Shown in pieces: positions 50,049 through 59,800 of a stretch of DNA of 64,000 nt. Within the stretch, counting starts at the first letter, position 1, and each line of letters starts with the position of its first letter. Below the pieces are notes generated by a model. It made no database searches. It worked only from the letters and a program-made list of their open reading frames with translations, and was not told the origin of the DNA. The position numbers and the translations under genes were made by a program. The stretch lies in contig CBFFRQ010000031.1 in NCBI GenBank assembly GCA_965644315.1, positions 434,001 through 498,000 of the forward strand, in the 5' to 3' direction. The DNA is from Caecitellus pseudoparvulus. Its lineage: Eukaryota > Protista > Bigyra: Bicosoecida.

Positions 50049-51668
50049 ATGGCTGCGGCCCAGCCAGGTGAAAGCCAGGAGCCTGACATCCCCTTCCAAG
50101 CTTGTGCCGATCTGGTGCTGGCTGCCGCAGAGACAGTTCTTCGGCACCGCCCCAACGCCCCCAAGCACTGGCACTTGGTCGCCGGCATTGTGCTGTGCAA
50201 AGCCGGCCAAGCCCCAGTGCTGGCCAGCCTCGCATCCGGCACACGGTGCACACCCCCAGTCTCTGCCGCAGCATCACCCACCCTGGTGCGCGACTGCCAC
50301 GCAGAAGTGCACGCACGCCGGGCGTTCAACGCGCACCTGCTTGAGGCAGTGCACGCTCAAGGCGTCGGAGCCCCTTGGATTCAGAAGCAGGGGCCTGCTG
50401 AGGGGGGCACTTGGCGTTGGAATCCAGCCTACGCCGCTGTGCTGGTGATTTCCGACGCCCCCTGTGGTGACGCTGCCGTGAGGGATGAGGGCCTGGCCCA
50501 CCGCGCCACGCGCTCTGGCTTCAAGCCCACGGGCGCCAAGCCTGTGATGGACCCCGATGCCACACCGCCCCCCGTCGCAGCCGCCGCTGCCCGGGCCAGC
50601 TCGCCAGCGGCCGCGCATCGGGTGGTGCACCTAGCACACTCCCTGCTGCAGGGCCGCATGCGAACCAAGTCTGCACGCACCGACCTCGCCCTGCACAAGC
50701 GCTCGCACTGCCTCAGCTGCAGCGACAAGGTTGCCCGGTGGTGTGGTCTGGGCCTGGCGGGGGGCTGGGCGAGCAGCTTGCTGGGGCAGGTGCCACTGTC
50801 TGGCATCGTCATTTGCGCCGATGATGCGGTGCTGGAGGGTGCCTCTACCTCTCAGCGCCTGTGGGCGTACGGCCATGCGCTGCACCGCGCGGTCATTCAG
50901 CGCCAACCTGTCTTTCTGGACCACTGGCGGTCCGGCCAGGCGGGTGGCAGCGGGCAGGCGCTGCCTTGGGAAGGGCAGAGTCCCCAGCCCCACAAGGCAC
51001 CTCCGCTGTGTGTAGTTGAGGAGCTCCAACAAGACGCGCTGTTGTTCAAGACTGCGCTGCCTGGGGCGCGCCTGCCCACGCTGGCGGTGCTGGCGAAACG
51101 CTTCAGCATGGGCCGGCACACTTCCCGCGCGACGACGGGCGTGGAAGACCTGCAAACCTCTCCAGAGTGCTTCAACTGGTTCCTGCAGCCCACGACACCC
51201 GGTCCAGAACTCCCCCTTCCTGCTCGCAAGGCAAAAGTTCTTGCCCGGGTGCAGGGGCCGGGTGCAGTCCCGACCCCTGTGGAGCTGTTGAATGGCGTGC
51301 AAGGGGGCCTGCTGGGGTCCACGAAACGCACCAGCATGCTGCAGCGCCGGTCACGCCTGGCGCCAGTGGTGCAGCTTGCGCGGTTTCTCGCAGCCGCGCC
51401 GGCGTCCAGCCTGCCGCCAGACGCCGCCGACACTCCCTACGCTGCGCTGAAGGCTCACGTCGCAGCGCAGCACTGCGCTCAGGCGACTGCCTGGAGTGCC
51501 GGCTGCGTCGAAGCCTGGCCCAGCAGTGCCCCAAGGACTTTCACGCTGTGTGAGGTGCGAGCTGCCGACGCTGCCGACGCCGCTCAGCGCCGAAAGCGAC
51601 GCCGTGAGGAGGGCGGCGGATCGCCTGGCCACCCGCCGCCTGCCCGCCACACCAAGCGAATGCATTGA
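50049..51668 (+). CDS. ADAT1: tRNA-specific adenosine deaminase 1 (ADAT1/Tad1-like; A_deamin domain, no dsRBD), 539 aa
   Basis: Motifs LASGTRC, DCHAE, APCGDA, TGAK, RTK, SCSDKVARW. No dsRNA-binding domain. C-terminal basic NLS-like RRKRRR. Confidence 0.85.
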   Translation: MAAAQPGESQEPDIPFQACADLVLAAAETVLRHRPNAPKHWHLVAGIVLCKAGQAPVLASLASGTRCTPPVSAAASPTLVRDCHAEVHARRAFNAHLLEAVHAQGVGAPWIQKQGPAEGGTWRWNPAYAAVLVISDAPCGDAAVRDEGLAHRATRSGFKPTGAKPVMDPDATPPPVAAAAARASSPAAAHRVVHLAHSLLQGRMRTKSARTDLALHKRSHCLSCSDKVARWCGLGLAGGWASSLLGQVPLSGIVICADDAVLEGASTSQRLWAYGHALHRAVIQRQPVFLDHWRSGQAGGSGQALPWEGQSPQPHKAPPLCVVEELQQDALLFKTALPGARLPTLAVLAKRFSMGRHTSRATTGVEDLQTSPECFNWFLQPTTPGPELPLPARKAKVLARVQGPGAVPTPVELLNGVQGGLLGSTKRTSMLQRRSRLAPVVQLARFLAAAPASSLPPDAADTPYAALKAHVAAQHCAQATAWSAGCVEAWPSSAPRTFTLCEVRAADAADAAQRRKRRREEGGGSPGHPPPARHTKRMH

Positions 51669-51677
51669 GGCAGCCAC

Positions 51678-53636
51678 TCACGCTTCCCAGGCATCCCGCA
51701 CCTCGCTGGTGTACATGCCCACGAGGCCCATCCAGTTGCGCACGTTGGGCAGGGTGGCAATGGTCTCACGGGGCACGCCCGCCTTCACCTCCTTGAAGGC
51801 CTTGTTGTCCCCGGTAGAGGGCTTGGCGCCGCCGATGAAGGTCTGGCCCGCCAGGAGCTTGTTCAGGGAGTGCACGCCCTCGGGGGTGCCGTACCCCGCC
51901 GACCCCACGCCTTCGTCCGGGCGCATGGCTGGGAACAGCAGCACCTCCTTGATGTTGTGCTGGTCGCTGAGGAACATGGCCAGGCGGTCCACGCCGCAGC
52001 CCCAGCCGGCAGTGGGCGGCAGGGCGTGCTCCAGGGCGCGGCAGAAGCCCTCGTCGTGCCCCTGGGCCTCGTCGTCACCGTCGGACTTCTGCTGCATCTG
52101 CGCGATGAAGCGCTCACGCTGCACGAAGGGGTTGTTCAGCTCCGTGTACGCGTTGCAGATCTCCTTGCCTGCCACGAACAACTCGAAGCGCTCCGTGAGG
52201 CCGGGGGCATCCCGGTGGTACTTGGCCAGGGGGGACATGATCTCAGGGTGGTCCGTGATGAACACGGGGGAGGTGATACCGTCCTCCAGGAAGTGCCCCA
52301 CCAGCTTGTCCAGCAGGCGGGCTGTGGTGCGGGGGGCAGAGCACTTGACGCCCTTGTCCACGCACAGCTTGTCCAGGAAGTCCCGGGTGCTGGGCAGGGT
52401 CAGGTCGCTGGGGATGGTGACACCTGCCTCCTCCTCGATGCCCGCGATCATGCTGACGCGCTTGAAGGGCGGCGTCCAGTCAATGGTCATCTCTGGCTTG
52501 CCCTCGCCCTTGCCCTCAGGGTGGTACTTCACCACGTATGTGCCGTGGATGGCCTTGACCATGGAGGAGAAGAGCTCCTCAGTCATGGTGAGCAGGTCGC
52601 CATAGTCGGCGTACGCCATGTAGAACTCGCACGTGGTGAACTCGGGGTTGTGCGTCAGGTCGATGCCCTCGTTGCGGAACTGGCGCCCGATCTCGTACAC
52701 GCGGTCCATGCCGCCCACCACCAGCATCTTCAGGTACAGCTCAGGCGCGATGCGCATGAACATGTCCAGCTGCAAGTCGTTGTGGAAGGTCTTGAAGGGG
52801 CGGGCCGTCGCGCCGCCGGCCTGGGCGTTCATCATGGGCGTCTCCACCTCCAGGAAGTGCCGCGCGTCGAAGAAGCGGCGCAGGTGGTTCACGATCTGCG
52901 CCCGGATCTGGAAGGTGCGCTGGTTGGCGGGGTTCACGATGAGGTCCAGGTACCGGTTGCGGTAGCGCAGCTCGGGGTCCTTGATGGCGTGGGGGCCCTT
53001 GGGCAGGTTGTGCAGGCAGGGGGACAGCAGCTGCACGCTGGTGGCGAAGATGGACAGCTCGTCCTTCTTGGTGCGGCCGGGGTGCCCCGTAACGCCGACG
53101 ATGTCGCCACGACGCACGAAGGCCTTGGCGTTGTCGAAGTCCGCCGGCGTGGGGAAGTTCTGCTTCTGCAGCACCACCTGCACCTTGGCGCCCTCGCCAA
53201 CGACGTCATAGAACAGCATCTTCGAGCCCGCCGGGCGCAGCAGCATGACGCGCCCAGCGATGGAGGTGGTGGTGGCAGTGTCCACCTCCCCCTGCGTCGT
53301 CACTGTCGTGAACGCCTCCACGAACTCGGGGCAACGCATGCCCACCTCGAACTTGTGAGGGTACGCGCTCAATCCCAGCTTCTCCATCTCCGCCATGTGC
53401 CCCTTGCGCAAGGCCATGAAGCTGCTTGAGTCCAGGGAGTCCTCATCCACCTTGGCAGCCTTGCCGCCTGCACCGGCGGCAGCAGCAGCAGGGCCCTTCG
53501 CGGCCTTCTTCGCGGCAGACTTGGCGGCCTTCAGCAACTTCTTGCGCTGGTTCTTCGTCAAGGTCTCGCCGTCTTCCCCCACTGTGGGGATCTTGTACAC
53601 CTCCATCTCGTCCACGAACTGCTTTCCGTCAGCCAT
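51678..53636 (-). CDS. KARS1: Cytosolic class II lysyl-tRNA synthetase (652 aa) with extra C-terminal GST-C-like domain
   Basis: Motifs [68 protein letters not shown]. Lys-rich eukaryotic N-terminal helix. Confidence 0.97.
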   Translation of the reverse strand: MADGKQFVDEMEVYKIPTVGEDGETLTKNQRKKLLKAAKSAAKKAAKGPAAAAAGAGGKAAKVDEDSLDSSSFMALRKGHMAEMEKLGLSAYPHKFEVGMRCPEFVEAFTTVTTQGEVDTATTTSIAGRVMLLRPAGSKMLFYDVVGEGAKVQVVLQKQNFPTPADFDNAKAFVRRGDIVGVTGHPGRTKKDELSIFATSVQLLSPCLHNLPKGPHAIKDPELRYRNRYLDLIVNPANQRTFQIRAQIVNHLRRFFDARHFLEVETPMMNAQAGGATARPFKTFHNDLQLDMFMRIAPELYLKMLVVGGMDRVYEIGRQFRNEGIDLTHNPEFTTCEFYMAYADYGDLLTMTEELFSSMVKAIHGTYVVKYHPEGKGEGKPEMTIDWTPPFKRVSMIAGIEEEAGVTIPSDLTLPSTRDFLDKLCVDKGVKCSAPRTTARLLDKLVGHFLEDGITSPVFITDHPEIMSPLAKYHRDAPGLTERFELFVAGKEICNAYTELNNPFVQRERFIAQMQQKSDGDDEAQGHDEGFCRALEHALPPTAGWGCGVDRLAMFLSDQHNIKEVLLFPAMRPDEGVGSAGYGTPEGVHSLNKLLAGQTFIGGAKPSTGDNKAFKEVKAGVPRETIATLPNVRNWMGLVGMYTSEVRDAWEA

Positions 53637-53644
53637 GGTGTCCG

Positions 53645-53655
53645 TGCGGAAATTG
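53645..53655 (-). promoter_or_regulatory. CAATTTCCGCA candidate core promoter element of LysRS
   Basis: Reads TGCGGAAATTG on the plus strand, 8 nt before ATG 53636 on the minus strand. Confidence 0.55.
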
Positions 53656-53846
53656 ACACGCTCCCGGCACAGAACAAGACTAAGCCCACGTTGTCACGGG
53701 CAGCTTGCCGTTGTTATCCTCTCCCAGCGCAGCTGCACACACTTTGCATGCATGCAGGGTCAGTAGAGTGGCGCTGATGGTCATTGAAAAAGTGCTGCCC
53801 AAGTGGTGTCTGCACGTGAGCTGCGAGCATCAGGTTCGTGTGCATT

Positions 53847-56800
53847 CTACGCCATGAGGAAGGCATCCATGCCAAAGTTGATGGCCGTCAGCAGTCGCTG
53901 CTTCATGACCTCCTCAGAGCTGTAGTCGGGAAGTTCAAGCTGGTTGAAGCAGGTGTGGGCAACTGTATAGGGGGGCAGCGGGGTGTGGCAGTGAGCGCGT
54001 GTGCACAGCAAGAATCTCCGCGCCAGGGCGGCACGCACGAGGCAGTTGGTCGTCCCCGCCTCCACGCTTGGTGAGCTTGAAGGGCTTGTCCGTGCCCCAC
54101 TCTGACGGCTTGGGCAGGCGTGACCGCCCCCACACAAATCGGACAAAGTTGGACCGGTCCTCGTTGGACAGCCCCTCCATGATGCGCCAGAACCTGCGGC
54201 ACATGCGGTCGCGCTGCGAAAGGAGAGGGGGGGGCGAGTGTGGGTGGGGGGCTGCGCGAGAAAGCGGGGAGTGCCGGGCAGGGGCAGGACGTACAGAGCT
54301 GCAGCCGTGGTACGTCGTCTTAACCTTCAACAGCTCCACGTCGATGGTGGGGTCGCCACACGTCATGAGCTCCAGCTCTTGGAAGGAGCACAGGCTCAGC
54401 ACGCGGGCAGGCACGACGTCTGCGAAGCCCCGGCGGATGGCGTCCACTTGTGCTTCGAACTCGTGCAAGCGGTAGTTGAGGGCGAGGCGGGCGAAGGTGT
54501 CAGCGTCGTCCACAGTGACAGCCATCTCCGCACCCTTGCCCACCAGCTCAACCACCTGGCCAGTGCAGGAGTTGACGGTGAAGGCCTGCCCTGCCAGCTG
54601 TTGCTGGGCGGCCTCCAGGGAGCCCCCTGCCCTCACGGACTTGGCGGCTGCCCGGACGCTGCGCAGGCGGTGGGCCGTCTTGTCGTCCACGTCAGCGAGG
54701 TCGTTCATGTCCACGGTCTGCCCCGTCAGCATCTTCCACACCATGGGGGGGAACTCGAAGGGCAGGTACTGCTTCTGGCGCATGGAGATTCCCATGAGCA
54801 CGCCCAGGAACTCGAAGGCGTCCAGGTCCTCAGGGGAGAAGCGGTTGGGGTTGGGCAGGAACTTGTCCATGTTGGTGCCTTCCTCCGCCACACCGTTGGG
54901 CGTCGGCACGAGCAGGTCCAGCTCTGTGGAGAACACCTCCGACACCATGCGGGACATGGAGTCACGGTACAGCCCCCCCCAGTCCACGCCGTCCTCCCCC
55001 GAGAACTTCACCCGGAACAGGCGCTGGCGCTCGTCCAGCTTGCAGCGGAAGGCAGACCTGCGCGCTCGCCGCAGCTGCCGGAAGGTTTGCGCGAAGATGC
55101 ACCTGGACCGCGAGAAGTCCTTCACGCCCCGCTCACGGGAGGTGAAAGCCGCCGAGTTGTCCAGGGTCACCGTCAGGGAGCTCGTGCCGGCAACCCAACT
55201 GGCCTCGATGGCCGCCTCCACCAGCCGCGTGCGGGTGTCGGGGAGGATAATGTGCCCCAGGGCACGCAGGTGACTGGCCAGGGACCAGGGCAGGGACACC
55301 CGGGACAAGTTGACACTTTCGATGCAGCGGGCCAGGCGGCGGTTCAACAGCTGCAGCAGCGCGCACCGCGCCTCGATGCTGCCTTGGTCCGCCTGGGCCA
55401 GGACCGGATACTCTGAGCGCAGCGTGCCAACTGCCCGGGCAGCCTCAGCGCGCAGGCCAATGGTGCCGGGGGCGATGGAGTCCACCGCTTCGCTGCACTC
55501 CCGTGCGACAGTCAGGGAAAACCGCACGAGCTGTTCGTCCATGGCAGTCGTCCAGCCGTGCAGGTGCCGCACCGTGCGCACCAGGGCCGCGTCGCCCACT
55601 TCAGCCCTCGGGATGCTGCCACTGGCAGAGGAGGGGCCCACCCAGCCCTTGGCGCAGGCATGGGCGACGATGCCCAGCACGCGGCCTGGCTGCAGTGCGC
55701 CGGCACGCCACGCCCGCGCGATGTCCAGGACGTCCAGCATGAGCCCCCGCACATCCAGGGACGCCTCGGGCGGAATGTCCTGCAGGTGCGTCGTGACCTT
55801 GAGTCGTGCGGCACGAAAGAGCCCGCCCTCCTCCACCAGCTCGGACAGCGACTGCTGGCGCAAGGGGCCGCTGCGGAGGTGGTGCGCCATGTTGGCCGAG
55901 CGGCTGGCTGCGCCCAGCTCTGCGAGGGCCTGCAGGGAGTCAGGCAGGAAGACTTGACCGCTGCTCTTGCGCGCCTGGATGGCCTCGTGCACGGCCGTCT
56001 CCACCTCCTCCAGCTTCTTGAAGTCCTGCTGCTCGCCCCGGCCGCCGCGGCAGAAGCGCTCCATGTGCGCTCGGAAGAGGTGCGGACGGGCCAGGAGCTG
56101 GGTTACGATGTCCACCACCAGGGGCTTGAAGGGCACGCTGGGGGTGCGAATGTACAGCACCAGTGCGTTGAAGATGCTGGGGGAGTGCACCAGCGCTGCT
56201 CGGGTGTCGTCGTGCCCGGAGGCCTCCTCGGCCTGCAGCAGGCGCAGGAGCCAGCAAGCCCACTCCAGGGAGGGTGACCCCAGCACCTGCCTCTCCCGCA
56301 TCCACTGCAGGCCCTGCATGGGGGACACGTGGAACCGGAAGCCCCAGCACTCCTGCATGCCAGAGGGCGCCGAGGCGGCGTACTTGTACACGACGCGGTC
56401 CCCCTGCAGAACCAGCGGCGACAAGTCAGCCTTGCCTTGAATCACGCGCAGGGCCGGACCCACGGCGCCACCTCCCTTCTTGCCGGCGAAGAACTGCAGC
56501 CGGGCCTCGGCGCCTTCCGTGGGCAGGTTGGTCTGCGCGTCAAAGTGCACCACCAGCGCCTTGGCGCCTTCGAAGGTGACGCTGCCCGAGAACTCCGCAG
56601 GGCCCCACACGGGGTGCAGGCTTTCCCGCATCTCGCTCTCGCGCGCCTCCTGTGGCTCCGTAGCTGCCGACACATTGCGCGCACAGTCCTGTACGAGAGC
56701 ATGCAAAATGCCGCCCTCGGCCCCCGCTACTTCCGCCGCCACAAGGCTCAGCAGCTTGTTCTGCACGACGAGCATGAGGGGGGACTGGACAGTGTTCCCC

Positions 56801-59800
56801 AAGGCGGCGCCGGACGACGCCTGCGCACCAAAGATGCACTCGGAAGCCGCCACAAATTTGGCCAAGGACAGCAGGCGGTCAGGCCCGCCCATCGCCTCCA
56901 CAGTGAAGGGCAGTGCAGACGGCCACGCCACCATGAGGGAGAGCACGGCACGCCTTGCCGCCAGAACGGCGAGAGCGCTCTCGGCCGCTGCCGAGAGATA
57001 GGCCAGTGAGGAGGCGTCTCGGTTTGGGTGGGCGTAGATGCGCTCCACGACGCGGACGGAGTCGAGGGACACACGCTGGGTGTGCAGGCGGCCGCAGGCA
57101 GGCAGGGGCACCAGCACATCCACCATGTGGTTGCGCAGCGTGCCGCCCACCACCGTGCCCACGACGCTGTTCAAGCCGAAGAGGGGCAGGTCGCCCTCGG
57201 ATGTGGACACCACCACCACCTGCCCGGGCAGCAGAGTGGCTCCCGTGCTGCCACCTGCGCCAGACAGCCTTGCCAGGGACACGTCTGCAGCCCCCCGGTG
57301 CCCCCCTTCACTCATGTGCAGCTGGCTCACTGCGTCCTCACTGCTCGTCGCCTCAGCAGGCGCACCCGAGCCGGCAGCTGCGCCGCCCGACTCCTCAGCG
57401 GCCGGCCGCTCCTCCTTGCGACTGCCCATGCCCAAGCCAGCCCCAGCCGGCACGAAATCCAGGGCGCTGCGGGCGCTGGGGGCCAGGGCACGCGCACGCA
57501 CCTCGGTGGAACCCCCGCGGCCCACCAGGGCCTTGCTCTCGGCGTAGTACTCCCTGGCAGTGTAGAAGCCGCCCTGCTCCAGGAGCCAGCTGGTGGCGGC
57601 ATTGCCGTCATCCAGGTGCATCTCCAGTGCCGCGTACACGAGGTGCTGGGGCATACCCACCATCATGGCCAACTCCCGTGCGGCAGTCGCACGGGGGTCC
57701 TTCGTTTTGGCAGTGGAGTCTTTGGCGGCGGCGTCCAAGCCCCCAGCACGCACGAAGGCATCCGCTTGCCCTGACAGCAGCCACTCTGCAGCGCGCTGGG
57801 CATCGTCGGCGTTGAAGGCCAGCGCCTTGACACACAGCTCCATGGGGTACCCCATGGAGCTGAGGGTTGCTGCTGCTTCGTGCCTGGACACCTCCCCTGC
57901 AGCGGAGGACTTGTCCACGACGGCGGAGACGCTGCTTGACCCCCTCCCCCGGCGCGGCTTGCTAGGGCTCGCCTCCTCGCCTTCTCGCGGCAGCCACGAG
58001 ACACGCTCTGCCACCGGCGTGTCACGTCGGGAAGCGTCGCCGATCCACACAGCCCCTGCGGCTGCGTCGCCACGGAAAGCGAGCAAGGTGCGGGACCGGT
58101 GCTTAAGCCACGGAAGCGCGACAAACTCGGTCATGGGCGCGGCACTCAGGGCCAGGTTCATGAAGGTGGGCAGCATGCCAGCTTGCAGGGCAGTTCGTGA
58201 GTTGGCGGGGGAGGCCAGCATGGTCAGGCCTGCCTGTGTCGCCTTGCTACGAAGCTGCGCCATGGCCAGGGTGCCAGCGTCCATGTCAGCGATGGACTGC
58301 CCAGATGTGGGCGAGATGGAGCTGTCCAGGGGCGGAGGCGGGCTTGAGACTGAGCCGCACATGCCCGGTGCCACCATGGTGGCCGCGGGGCCCTCCGCGT
58401 CCGGCTCAGGCACGTCCACAGCGGTGTTCAGGATGCGGGCCAAGCTGCGCAGGAAGGCAGGGGAGAAAGGGAAAGCGTCAGCTGACGCCCGAACCGTGCT
58501 GACCAACACCACATCCTCCTGCTTCAACGTCAGCAGCCGGCTGCGCACGCCCCCAGCCGAAAGGGCGCTCTTTCCTGAGGCAGTGCCCGCCCCTGCTGTA
58601 GCGGCGCTGAAGGCGGGACACAGAGCGCTCTGCACAGTGAGCTGGTCCACTGCGGCCAAGTGTGGCACGCCGGCAGCTTTGCCAAAGCATCGCAGGTCGC
58701 TGGCGCTGGCAGGCTTGCAGGCCGCATCCACGAGCGCGGCGTTGGTGTTCTCCGCCACCACACCGGCCACAGCCGAGTCGAGCAGCAGGGTCACCTTGCC
58801 TGTCACTGCATCCACGCTGACAACCGTCGCCTCAGCCATGGGTTCGTGCAGGAGCTCTAGCAAGGACCGCCGCGCTGCAGCTGCTGCCTGGGAGACACCC
58901 GCACCTCCTGAGCCCTGGCGGCTGAGGGACGGGGCAGGAGGCACGCCAGCCCCGGCAGTGGTGGCCGCGCTGCCACCAGCCGGGCTATTCGCCATCTCCA
59001 AGATGGAGGCGGTGGTGGCCACACGCGCAGCAGCGTTGGACGCAGACAACGCGACACGGGCCCCAGGCGCTGGAGCCTCCAGGTCCCCACCCAGCACACA
59101 GAAGCAGGCAGAAGCATAGGCATACTGCCACAGCGCCCGGTCGATGTGGGGGGGCGCAGGGCCACCCCGCGTGGGGCTGGGGAGGAGGTCCACCACTGTC
59201 TGCACCCCAGTGCTGATTGCTGTGCTCACGGCGTGCTTCCAGGCCTTCAGGTTGCTGTGAGCGTCCGGCGTCAAGTCCGCCGCCACGAGCAGCTGCCGTA
59301 GCCCAGTTACGGCAGCATTTGCGACCACCATCTCAGCTTGCCCCACGCCCACCCCATTTGGCCGAGACGGCGAGTGGTACCTGTCGAAGAATGCGGGTGT
59401 GCTGGGCAGGCCGCAGTGAGAAGCTGGCACCCCAGCGCGCTGAGGAAGGCCACCTTCCGGAGAGCAGAAGGCAGGCGTGCCTTCAGCACAGGACAGCACC
59501 GTCGCCGCTGCTGAGAGCAGCAGCGACGACAGAGACTTGGGGGAGAAGCTGGTCAGTGCGACAGGGGCCACGGGCATGCCGAGCAGCTCCAGCACCTCCA
59601 CTGCTTTCGCAACGGCAGAATCCATGTCGGCGGGCGGTACAACTGACGCAAGTTGCGGCAGCAGGCGCACGGCCAACCCCCGCATGCGCGGTGACCCGAC
59701 GAGGGCCGCCGTGGCCAGCGCCTGCAAGGCACCTGGCTGCTTCAGCACGGCCAAGACAGGGCCGGCACCCCCTCCCAAGGCCATGTTCACACGCACCGCG

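Noticed and set aside
50025-51668. Calling the deaminase an mRNA-editing ADAR
   Set aside because: No dsRNA-binding domains; the architecture matches ADAT1/Tad1.
51496-53429. Long plus-strand ORFs (369 aa and 519 aa) over LysRS, and similar ones over the HECT gene
   Set aside because: Typical antisense open frames produced by high GC3.
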